From positions 8,774,451 through 8,838,450 of the forward strand of contig NC_134035.1 in NCBI RefSeq assembly GCF_964204645.1: 64,000 nt of DNA. The letters are read 5' to 3'. Below, in pieces: positions 1 to 11,600 of the stretch. The notes under the pieces were generated by a model, which searched no databases, had not been told where the DNA came from, and was given only the letters and a program-made list of their open reading frames with translations. Every line of letters begins with the position of its first letter. Position 1 is the stretch's first letter. The DNA is from Tubulanus polymorphus. Taxonomy: Eukaryota > Animalia > Nemertea. Made by a program: the position numbers and the translations under genes.

Positions 1-81
1 AAATATGAGTCGTAGCATAAAATATCTTTTAACTTGTACGAAGAATTTTCGAGACAATTCGGCAGATAAAACATGATGACA

Positions 82-198
<117 letters not shown>

Positions 199-1122
199 GT
201 GTGTATCTAGGGTACCGTACTAATAACGCCGGGAGATAGCACAAAAAGATTTGTAAAGGGCCAGACTGAATCGGGTGGCCGATAATATAACACCACCCGA
301 AACGCTAATACAATTGATGAAAACTATTTGGGCCAACTGCCGTCGATACTACGATCAGATTAAATCGTGTTTGATAATATATCACGCGTGTATTTTTGGG
401 TTGATTTTTGATGTGCGAGGAACGTGTATAAATAATATATCGCAAGTTCATCTAGGAGGGCGTGGCCAACAGAAACACTAGTCATCGTAACAGCGCTGCT
501 CTGAGTCATCAATTTCCGCCATTGAGGCGAATTTGATTAATTACGAGCTGAGTACAAACACGTGCATCCATTATCACCGAAATAGTAATTATCACCGTCA
601 AGAATATAATATGCATTATGAGATCAAAGCGTATTGTTTGTGTCAGATTCCTTATTCATATCAACAACACAGCCAGCTAGATCCCCATACTGGAAATATG
701 GACGCTTGAAATAGGGATTTTCAAGCACATTTGAATTACTCTACTCCCATCCTTTTCGACTCTAGACCTAGACCGAAGCCGAACGCGGGCTTTTTTGACA
801 AAAGTACAGTAATATAAACACTAGAAAATGAATGGAAACCAGTCACATAACAACCAGACCGGGTGGATCATAAGTGTATTTCTTCATAATGATTCACGAG
901 TATGCCAAACACGATTCAGACACGATCATTATATCTTTTTGATACGTATACATGTAGTAAATCGTAATTTTTATGCTACAATAGGTCATCTAAAAATAAT
1001 GAATTGTTTGTTATACTACACATGTCCAACGAATCAGTTCATTCATTGTTTTGCTAGCGAGTTAAGTTTAAAAGTATAGCCTAGGCACAATTCAAATGAG
1101 AATCCTACAAAAAAATACTTAC

Positions 1123-1832
1123 GTCATGAAGTTATAAATTTCACTAACGGGTAAATGTCCTCGTTGACTATTTTTCAACGCCATAGCGATCAAACAACTA
1201 TACGAATACACCGGTTTCGGAAATATTTTCTCTTCCAATTTCGGCGCCTGCTGTTGTTGTTGATGCTGAGGTTGTTTACGAATTTGATGATGTTGCACGA
1301 AGTTTTGTCTGATATGAATATTATTCGGAGTCAAAGTGGTGAATTGAAGCTGCGGTTTCGTCGGGGTCGTCGTTGAAATCTTCACGGATGTAGCTACTGA
1401 TGACGGGGACGGTTGCGATGATACTAATCCGCTGACATGATGGAATCGCGTCTGCTGCTGGTGTTGTTGTTGTTGTTGAAGAACGGGCATAACCGTCTGC
1501 GGATTCACCAGTAAATTCGGATTTTTATTTTCACCCAGATCATCCGTACAATTCGCCGCCGATTGCATTATAACATTATTTTCAACTTGCATCAAAAAGT
1601 CTCGTAAATCAGTACTGGATGAATCCATCTCTAACGCGCTGTCAATGTCAGTTGCCATCGCGGAATTCCAATACGAGCTCAGTTTCGAATATTCCTCGTT
1701 ACCTATTTCAACGTGATCGGCATCTTCCGTCGATAAATTTCCATTTTTTAACAGCTCTTCTATTTCCGTCTTGATGTCGCATTCGATCATTTCTTGTAAA
1801 GATACGTCATTTTGGTCGTTGAAAAATTCCAT
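1123..1832 (-). CDS. FOXN4: Forkhead box N1/4-class transcription factor, first coding exon (gene continues left of the window)
   Basis: ATG at 1832 (MEFFNDQ...), Q-rich N-terminus, then [35 protein letters not shown], the FoxN1/4 start of the forkhead domain. The frame ends at a gtaagt donor at 1122. The symbol denotes the FoxN1/4 co-orthologue. Confidence 0.9.
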
Positions 1833-2607
1833 CTTTCGTGCGCGCAATCTCTATTGTGGAAATTTGTTACTCCAAATAAATATTCTCTGTGTCAAGTAGG
1901 CCGTAGAAAGCGCGAAATATTCACCAATTAGTTCCTTTTTTGTATCATCCTCTGGAGACAGTGTTACCGGATCTCGAACAGCGAACTCGATGGTTTTGAT
2001 AGACAAATTTCCTGCATCGATTTTCGTATTTAGGCGGGCGAATAACACGTAGAGCGTAGATTAATCGTCGGAAAATCCGTCAGAAAAATATCTACGTACG
2101 AAAACAAAGACACGCTACGGCAAGCGGGGACGGTTGTGATTGGACGATGAGTATCACGTGGTTTTGTTTTTGTTCTGTGATTGGCTGAATATGGATGCAC
2201 TAGTCCGATAGCTATTTATAGCGTGCAAGATATATTCACAGTCCGAGGTCGGTTTCAATCTCGTCTTTGCGGTTGATTTTACGAACTTTGAAAAAATTAG
2301 ACCTTTGATTGAATCAGCTCCTGAGCCGTGAAAATAGTTTGAAAAAATATTTTGCACACAAAACCTGACTAAAATAAAAAGAACAATGAAAAGTTACAGT
2401 GGAATTCCTTTAAATTCGAATGTGTGTGTGGAATCTTTCATCGCACCAATGAATGAGCAGGAGCCTTTCCTTGCTTAATAAAAAAAAATCACGATAAATG
2501 TTAAACTTCGTGGAAAGGTCACGATTACTCGAGAAATACGATTTTTGAGGGTTCGACCGCTGATAATCAGGTCATCGATGCTGACAACGAATACCAACCC
2601 AATTTAC

Positions 2608-2678
2608 GCGCATGCGCATCATAATACACGTGTATGTCACTTCCTTTTCCGGTGCGAACTCTGTTGGCGTTGTTAAAA
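2608..2678 (+). promoter_or_regulatory. RPSA core promoter: NRF1-like site, E-box, TCT/5'TOP initiator and non-coding exon 1
   Basis: GCGCATGCGC at 2608-2617, CACGTG at 2627-2632, CTTCCTTTTCC at 2640-2650 (typical ribosomal-protein TOP start), gtgagg donor at 2679 that can splice to the acceptor at 3495-3496. Confidence 0.75.
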
Positions 2679-3530
2679 GTGAGGAAATTTCTCTTGATAA
2701 ATTCGTAATTTCTGTCTTACTTATCTTGTCACACCCTATTTAAATGTTTTAAATTGCTCACGTATATGTGTTCTATCTGATTAAACAAGAGTTTCATGCA
2801 TGTTAATAAGGGGTAGATGAATGAATAGATTGGAAAATGAAGACAGTTGGTCAAGGAGTAGGTTACGGTTAGGCCGGGGCGCTCGCCCATCGTGTTCAAT
2901 ATGCTCTGTTGGTTTTATACCTGCGTTTCTGAATTAATTCATGTCACCAGAGCAACTGAATGATGAATATCCTTAAATGTGATGGTGTAGTGTGAATAAT
3001 TAAATAATCGGTCTAACTGCAGTTTGGGTCACCTATCCACTGGGTGGCGCTAGTGTTTTTAAAGAATAGCGTTTATGGTAAAGGTTAGGTAGATAACCAC
3101 TAGGGACACCTAAACTGCAGTCACTCCCAGGCGCTAGCTGATGGGCTTGGAATACTGTTCTTCCTGGGGTTATTGATTATGAGTCTGGGTTTTGAGTGGT
3201 TATTCTGCAATAAAATCAGAAAAACCACCTTGCTAGGCCTACAATACACGCAAAGAGAAAATCCCAAAACACAAATATTGAATTTTCGTTTTTTAATGTG
3301 AAATCGAAACTTAAGTTTTATTTTAGTATAGTCGAAACGTCCAATAAACTAGTACCAGCTCAAGGAAACATTTATTTGACTTTGATTATTATTTCGTCAT
3401 TATAACGGGATTCTCATTATATTATTGTCACTACTCAGATATATCGATGGCAATATTTTCCCAGTTTCTGATCGTCGTGTGTTTTGTTATTGAAAGGTTG
3501 ATCACCGTAACTCTCACCGATCGACACAAA

Positions 3531-6500
3531 ATGTCTGGAGGATTAGATGTACTGGCGCTTAAAGAAGAGGATGTGGTGAAGTTCCTCGCTTGTGGAACCC
3601 ATCTCGGGGCCACTAACGTCGACTTCCAAATGGAACAGTATTGTTACAAGAGGAAACCCGATGGTTCGTAATTTAAAATCTTCTTTATTTCATAGATTGA
3701 TCTTCTGGATCTAGTTCCACAGTTCTGAGTTAAATTTGACTCCGCGGAGTGAGTTAAAACATAGAAAATGAACTGATTTTAACTAAAACTCTAATTCACA
3801 ACTGTGGAACCGGACCCTGACCAGACCTATTGGTGCTTGTTTAAAACTAAACAAGTAGAAAAATCATTTAATTGATTATTTATCATTATTAAAAGATCGT
3901 AAAAATTGAATTGTTTAATATTTATGATGGGTTCTCACTGTGAAAATGTATAAATTCAGGAGCCTAAAATTCAAGTTCATAATTGACTAATAAATGAACT
4001 GATTGTGTCTAATGTCTATTTCAACCTGACATGATAGCATTCCGGGTGGCCTAGCTCGCTAATTTTTGATAGTACATACCTGATAAAGGTCTTAATAGGA
4101 CCAGAAATGACAGGCAGTCGACCTAAATCATCATTTTTTAATCCATTTGAAACTGTATTGAAGGATACCCAAAAAGACTTCACTGAAATGAAGAGAAGTG
4201 ACTCGATGATTTGAAAGTTTAACAATATGTTTCCATGCCTACGTATCAAATTTCAGTTTGTAGGCATGGAGACATATTGTTACACTTTCAAATCATGGAG
4301 TCTCTTTTCTCTCAGGAACCCCTCTCAATGCAGATTTTCGGCTATCCTTCAATACAGTTTAAAAAGTGATGATTTAGGTCGACTGTCAATGCATTCTAGT
4401 CCTAATAAGACTTTTATCAGGTATGTACCACCAAAACTGACTGAGCTAGGCCACCCGGCATGCTCTCAGTTCAGGTTGAAATAGACATTAGCAGGATAGC
4501 TGGTTTAAGGGTTACCTCTGATGTGTTATTGTTGTTGTATATTCGCAGGTACGTATATTATTAACTTGCGTAAGACGTGGGAGAAGCTGTTGTTAGCCGC
4601 TCGAGCTATCGCCGCTGTAGAGAACCCGGCGGACGTCTGCGTCCTTTCCGCTCGTCCGTACGCTCAACGCGCCGTGCTGAAATACGCCGGAGCTACCGGA
4701 GCGACAGCTATTGCTGGACGTTTCACTCCCGGAACATTCACAAATCAAATTCAGGTAAGTTTGTTAATACGTTAGCACGTCGGGATTGCGGGCGGTTTGA
4801 GTAATACTTTGCAGGGTGGATGCGTGTGGCTTAATGTGGGCTAATGGGTTAAAGAGTCCGGGGCCCAGTTTGTTCAATCTCGGGGTTTGATCTAAGGAAT
4901 GAAAGCCACTTGCCCGGGGGGCAAGCATATCTGAAATTTCGCTTGCCCCCTCCAAAGGCTACTTGCCCTACACAGGCAGTCCGATTGGTGGCACCATCAT
5001 CCGTTGTATCGAGTGGGAAAAAAGCTTTGTGACACAAAGTTGCACTAGCCCGGGGGACTAGTGATAATGATAACCTACTTTCCCTGATGAGAATATACTT
5101 GTCCCGGGCAATCGGACAAGTGCTTAGATCTGACCCTGAATTTTGGTCAAATTCGAAGCTATAGCTGTGTAACTACTGAGCCCAGGTTTGCATTAATACT
5201 AGTTCGAATAAAAGTCACTGTTGCTCTATCTACATGTAGTTAAGGAGTTTACTTGTGTTTGATCGATCCTCTCAGGGTCTGGTTGTTAGTCATTGCTTAA
5301 ACTTAAAACCAACTTAGTCGTATAGCCAATCTAACGTCTTAAGACTTAAGATCAGTCTTAAGGTTTAAGACCACTTTTAGACTTAAGCCACGACCGGCCC
5401 CTGGTTGCGGAGTATACGATAGAGTTTAGAATAAATGGATGATAAAAGTGTCACTCGTGTCCGGTTTGACCGATGTATGATAATGATTTCCTCATTTCAG
5501 GCTGCTTTCCGTGAGCCGCGTCTGTTGGTCGTAACCGATCCTCGAACGGATCATCAGCCGGTGATCGAAGCTTCGTACGTGAATATTCCCGTGATCGCTC
5601 TGTGTAACACCGACTCGCCGCTTCGATACGTCGACATCGCTATCCCGGCTAACAACAAGGTCAGTTCAACGTTCTCCTCGCCGGGATTACGCCCGGTTCA
5701 GTTCCTTATGACCCCTTTCAGTGCTGAATAATTACACGGTAGACCTCGCTTGAGTCCGAGATGAGCGATATCCTAGTTAGATGTTAAGAATACAATTGTA
5801 TAGTTTGTACATCATCAAATTTCCCAGTGGTTTGATCTATCGACCCTTTCAGAAAAGATGTTTGCCTCTATAAATCCCCTGATGACATCATCAGATTACT
5901 AAAAGACCATTCAAGAAAGATGGCTGCATCTATTATTCTGATTTTTATATTAGCCTATTCAAGTTACTCAGTGATTCTTTGAAATAGGTTTATGCAATCG
6001 ACAAAAGATCCTTCAACCTCCCTGGCCAGTTTCAAAGCTGTAAAACAATCTATAAAAAGATATAATTCCGCAACCCGGCCCCCTCTAAAATATTATATTT
6101 ATTATTATTTTCTTTCTCTTTGATGTTATGCATTTATTAGTGTCACGAAAATATTTAAAAAAAGCGACCAGGTTTTCCGAGTTGAATGGATCCGACTTGG
6201 GCGGAGTCTACTGTAATACCCTGGAGTACTGGGTAATATTTGACAACTGAAGTCGTATTCATCGTCGTAAAGGTTTATTCTCGTATTTTCTAGGGTAGTC
6301 ATTCGATCGGTTTGATGTGGTGGTTGTTGGCTCGTGAAGTTCTGCGCTTGAGAGGATCGATCAGTCGCGAAGTTCCGTGGGACGTCATGGTTGATTTGTA
6401 CATTTACCGCGATCCCGATGAGGTGCGTAGAACGGAGAGATTACATCTCCCCCTCCTTTCCTGACCTTCTCTCTTCTAGGAGATAGAAGTTTGATTATCT

Positions 6501-7276
6501 GTGTTGAATGTTTTACAGGTCGAGAAGGAAGATCAGGCCGTCGTAGCTAAGGACACCGTTAAAGGCGATGAATTCACCAATGAGAATTGGGACACAAACA
6601 CGGCGCCTTTAATGGGACAACAACAACCAGAGGTTACCGACGTAAGTATCAATAGGAAAGTGTATGGGGGTGTAAAGGGGTTAGAGAACATGAACACAAT
6701 TCGCAGGGAACATTTATACCTGCAAATCTAGTTAGCCTGTTGTTTAAACTGCCAATTTGACGGTCATCCTTTTCGGGGTTACCCTCCTGTTGTTTAAACT
6801 GCCAATTTGACGGTCATCCTTTTCGGGGTTACCCTAATGTTTAAACTGTCAATTTGACGGTCATCCTTTTCGGGGGTTACCCGGTTGTTTAAACTGCCAA
6901 TTTGACGGTCATCCTTTTCGGGGTTACCCTGTTGTTTAAACTGCCAATTTGACGGTCATCCTTTTCGGGGTTACCCTGTTGTTTAAACTGCTGATTTTGA
7001 CGCTCATCCTCTTCAGAAATTGCATATTTTCGATCAGTTCCCATGTATGTATTCTGGATCCTGTGCAATGAACATTTCGCTATTATTATTTCGCAGTGGG
7101 CCGCTGAAGCTGCTTTGCCAGCGCCGACCCTGGCCGGTACCGCTCCGGCTACTGGAGGATTCAAGCCGACCGAGGACTGGGCGACGGAAACCACAACTGA
7201 TTGGGCTGCATCGACACCGCAACCGAGTGAACAACCACAGAACACTTGGGGTGGCAGTACCGAGAACTGGAATTAA
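3531..7276 (+). CDS. RPSA: 40S ribosomal protein SA (uS2 / laminin receptor), 6 coding exons, 309 aa
   Basis: Exons 3531-3663, 4549-4754, 5501-5659, 6294-6422, 6519-6641, 7097-7276 (930 nt, all GT-AG). [15 protein letters not shown]..., [51 protein letters not shown]-terminal TEDW repeats. AATAAA near 7302 and 7343. Confidence 0.98.
4009..4491. mobile_element. Fold-back/MITE with about 150-bp imperfect terminal inverted repeats in RPSA intron 2
   Basis: CTAATGTCTATTTCAACCTGA... at the left is the reverse complement of ...TCAGGTTGAAATAGACATTAG at the right; the arms stay alignable for about 150 bp. This explains the mirror ORFs 4016..4249(-) and 4227..4484(+). Confidence 0.85.
6736..6991. repeat. 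About 48-bp minisatellite, 5+ copies, in the last RPSA intron
   Basis: Repeated TTGTTTAAACTGCCAATTTGACGGTCATCCTTTTCGGGGTTACCCT. Confidence 0.95.
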
Positions 7277-8257
7277 AACTTTAATTCGACTAAAACGTAT
7301 CAATAAATAACAATACTGTTCGTATTTGGTGTTGAGATGAAGAAATAAAAGTCTTCTTGAGAATTGAAATCATGATTAGTTACGTTTATATATATCGAGT
7401 TAGATCTTACCAAGTTGTCATAGGAATAAAGTAAACGGATGAATTTTCATTGATCCCCTCGCGGCCCGAGTTCAGCAAATTTCAGTTAAACTAATGCAAG
7501 GAATGGAATAAATCGGTTCAGTGCAGTGGAACCTCGTTAAACGAACTTCATGGGACGAGAAAATCTGTTTAGAAACCGATAGTTCGTTATATCCAGTATG
7601 AAATTATTGAAATTGGACCATATTCTAGCTGCGTAATAACCGATAAATCCTGCATTATATCTGAAGTGGTTAAAACGAAGTTTCTCTGTATTTGGCGATC
7701 CAATCTATTTTTCCCTGCTAGGGAAATCGGGGCATTTGACTTCTTGTGACGTCCTGTTCTTGCTGATAAATGCCAAAAGGAACCTCTTGAAAAGAAACTG
7801 GCCCTGCTGAGAATTTCAATTGGTGAAGGAGGCATCGGGGAATTTGGATTTCCTATAGTGTTCGACTAAGAACCCTGTCTGAAGATCCTAGAAGTTATTC
7901 TCACTTGAAGAGGGCAGAAAATCCTAGGGCGATGTCATGAAAATATTTAAGACAACGCATCAGCTTCAATCGTTCATATATTACAGAATTAGTTAAAATA
8001 TCCATTATGTTAGTAGCACATTTTATTTTTACAAGATACGACTTCCAAAATTTATCAATGAAAGCAAAAAAACATGCTCAAAAATAATCGACAAAATATT
8101 CAGCTTTTCTATCTACAACTGTACACAATAAACTCTCATTATGTACACAAATATCAACACACAATAGAGCAGATTAAAAATACAAAAATCAATAAAATTT
8201 AGATGACGGCTTTTCATCGTTAAGGACGGATTTCAGTGGAATGTGTCGGGTGTCGTA

Positions 8258-8422
8258 CATTGGAACCTCGTTACAACGAACTCGGTTACAATGATTCAAC
8301 AAGTATAGAATTTCTTCCCCAGTAAGAAAGTTTAATCAATCTTATACTGGAAACAACAAACTATCGGTAATAATGAACATAATTTCTGGTCCCGTGAAGT
8401 TCGCTGTAACGAGGTTCGACTG
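8258..8422. mobile_element. pogo/Tigger (Tc1-mariner)-type MITE
   Basis: TA|CATTGGAACCTCGTTAC...GTAACGAGGTTCGACTG|TA: TIRs with TA flanks. A related degenerate copy lies at about 7524-7688. Confidence 0.7.
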
Positions 8423-8691
8423 TAGTAAGGCCAGTGTCCAAGTATGTAGAGGTCCAAAATTGACAACTCTGCGAATATCAACAATTTCACGCTCTATATG
8501 AACAGCCCAAGTCATGGAAGAAGAGGTTTATAGAAGTCATGTTTCTAAGCTTGTCTTATGATTACTAAGATAATTTGTCATTCACTGCACAAGTTCTGAT
8601 TCGGCCTTCGCGGTCGAAAAAATCATACGAAGAAAACATTATCGACTAAAGCGTTAAGATCGTAGTATTACTAAAACAATCCTCGCGACGA

Positions 8692-11600
8692 TCATTTCGG
8701 CGGATGCGGATGCATCTGCGATATCGAAGATAACTGCTGTTGTTTGATGACTCTCAGCGGTGTTGGTAGCGCCATCGAGGCGCGCGCCGTACTCGCACGA
8801 GGAACATTAGGTGGTGGTATCAGCTCTCGTAGCTGATTCGACATTTTGATGACTGGTTTTGTGATTTCTTTCGGCTTGCGTTTTAGTACATCCCGACTTT
8901 CGGTGACGACTCTGAAAAATAAAAATCAAAACGATTGTTCATGTCTGAGTTTGATATAAGGTTCCACTGTATTCTGCCTATCAATAAGGTATACCGGGGT
9001 CCCTTCAACTCTTTGATTCCTTAAAAACTCCTTATAAACGGAAAATGCTTTTAAAGGTGCTCGAAACTCCTTTAATTTGAGCAAAATGCCAGATAATCCT
9101 TTAAAACTCCTTCAATTTTGAGTAATAGACATTTTTAGACGTGGTACTGTAGATTACGCCTAAATCAATACAGTTAGGGCCAGGATCTTCTTTTAACTAA
9201 TAGGCGGTTACCGAATTAGAAACTGGGTTTAGTAGTATCACGGGTAAGAATTTGCTTCCAAATTACAGACCTAATTCCACATTCAAGACTTGAGTCCAAA
9301 AATCATCTCAAATCTTCAGACTGATCTTAAGCTGTTAGGTTGGCCAAAGAACTAAGATGGTCTGAGACTGATCTTAATCTAAGCCACGACTATCAAAACG
9401 GCTCGTGACAAGCGATAAATTCCATATTATTATAGATATTTCCATACCTGAATTTTTCCCGTTTGACGGCAGCTGGACCAGAAATCGGCCGACTCTCACC
9501 GTCATCAACGATAGCGAGTTTATTAAAACTATCTATATTATCATTACTGTGACTAATTACAGCAGATCGTTGTTGTTGTTGTTGATTATCGGATGAATCG
9601 ACGAGAGATGGTTCCGGTTTACGATAACGTCTCGCGCGAACATTCCCCGATATTCCCGGCTTTTTCATTCCTGATAATGAGAAAATGTTCATTATATTCA
9701 ACATCGATTCCTTTTGCTGCGGAAGTAGTGGAAAACTTTGTTATAATGAACCAGGATACGATAACAGTCGACAGTCAGTAACCTGTCTGCGGTTTAGTCT
9801 GTGGTTTAGTTTCACGATCGGATATTTTCACTAACCACATAAGTTTACATAAGTAAACCCATCCGATTATAAAAGCTTACCACAAATGATCAGGTAACTA
9901 ACTAAACCTTAGGATGAATACCATAGTAACAATGAACTTCTTATATCGTCACTATGTCAACTGTCCGCAGGTTAACGCTAATGAACTTTTGAGCAACTGG
10001 CTCCTGGTTATGTCAAAGTAACGACCTCAATGTTTTTATTTGCCATACAGGACTGGATTCCCCAGCAGTTAGTTAGATTTAACTCTAGAGTTGAAATTCG
10101 TTTATTCTCAATAAGTCAAATCTTAACTCAAGAACTACAGAACTGGGTCCTAGACACAAATCAGTTAATATCCAATCTTCTCAAAGTGTACTTAAACTTG
10201 TAACTGTGGAACGCGATTCGGTTTTTAAACTATCATCCAGGGGCCAGTTGCTCAAAAGATAACTGGCAGATAAATACCAAAATAACAATGAACTTTCAAT
10301 TATGCCTATGTCAACTATCCACTGGTTAACTCTAACAAACTTTTGAACAACACTGGCCCCTGATAAATTTTAAAGATAAGGTAATTAGATGAATACCTGT
10401 ATCAATCTGTATATTGTTACCGTCCACATCTTCATCAGCCATTCCCAGTCGTCTTCTCTGCTCGATTTGAACCGAACTACGTAATTCATCAACATCCTCA
10501 TCATCGCTGTCCTCCTCCTCCTCTTCACCGGACGATGAGCTTACCGATTCATCATCGCTGATTCGTAGAACTTGAGGGGCTCGATCTCGTTCTCTTTGAG
10601 CTTTGAAACTGAAATATTCAGAAATGCGAAATACGATATACATTGCAGTGATCCCGATCAACAGGTTCAGAATTTCACCCAGTCCTGAGAATGGCGGTTC
10701 GCGGAGCTCCGTATACTGCCTATTCTAAAGAGCTCGCGTGAACCACCCACCCAGTCACGTAGTCGTTATTTTACGTCGAAATTGCCGACTGGCGCTCAGT
10801 CGGCACTTTAACCACTCAGTACTCGGCAACTACTCATCCGATTTCAATAAATAAACTACCTACACTGTCCTTATGTTGTTATCTTTTCATTGTTTACACT
10901 CCAAAGAATATATTTGAAGTTCAAGTGGCTGGAAATTGCCTCAAGAAATATTTTAGTACCGCTTTTGTTTTACTAAAAAACGGTTCCTCGCGAGACTCAC
11001 CCGCATGAAAAAATCAATATCTTAGCAACACAACAATAGATACCGCTCTGCGCAACTCGTGGATATTTGACAAGTCATGAAAAATCGTTTCATACACAAA
11101 ATACGATGACAAAATGACTAAATAAACACAACAGTAAGAACAAGAAAGATCAGAGGTTTGCAATGATGGTTTATTTTTTGAAATCGGTTGAATGAGAGCT
11201 GAGTAGTGATGATATAATTAGAGTTGAATTAAAAAGAATTTAAAATCACCGCATATATGGCTTCCGCGACTTAGTGTCAGGGGTCGCGTTAGCGATATAC
11301 CACTGACACTAAGGTTCTCAGTGAAGTTCAGAATATACTCTACATGTGAAGGCAAATAATATCCGGGTCCAGGTTTTATAGACTGTTATTAATTTTAACC
11401 CAGGGGATAACTCAATTGAAAATGAATTGAACTAGCCTCAGGGTTAAAGTTAATACCGGTCTATAAAACCAGCCCTAGGATTTGAGTTTCATAGAAGTGA
11501 GGGTAAAATAATCCCTGCGAACAAATTGAAAATTGGCAGTTATTACAATAGTTTCTCATTGTAATGGTGGATTTTTTCAAATTCTGTATACCAAGTCTTT

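Noticed and set aside
1851-2048. 65-aa ORF upstream of FoxN
   Set aside because: GTG start, ends at an in-frame stop before the FoxN ATG; most likely 5'UTR.
2955-3140. Possible intronic snoRNAs in RPSA (ATGATGA at 2960; also a hairpin plus ACA near 6170-6247)
   Set aside because: No properly spaced D box with terminal stem, no clear H box, and no recognisable rRNA guide. An Infernal or snoscan run would be needed.
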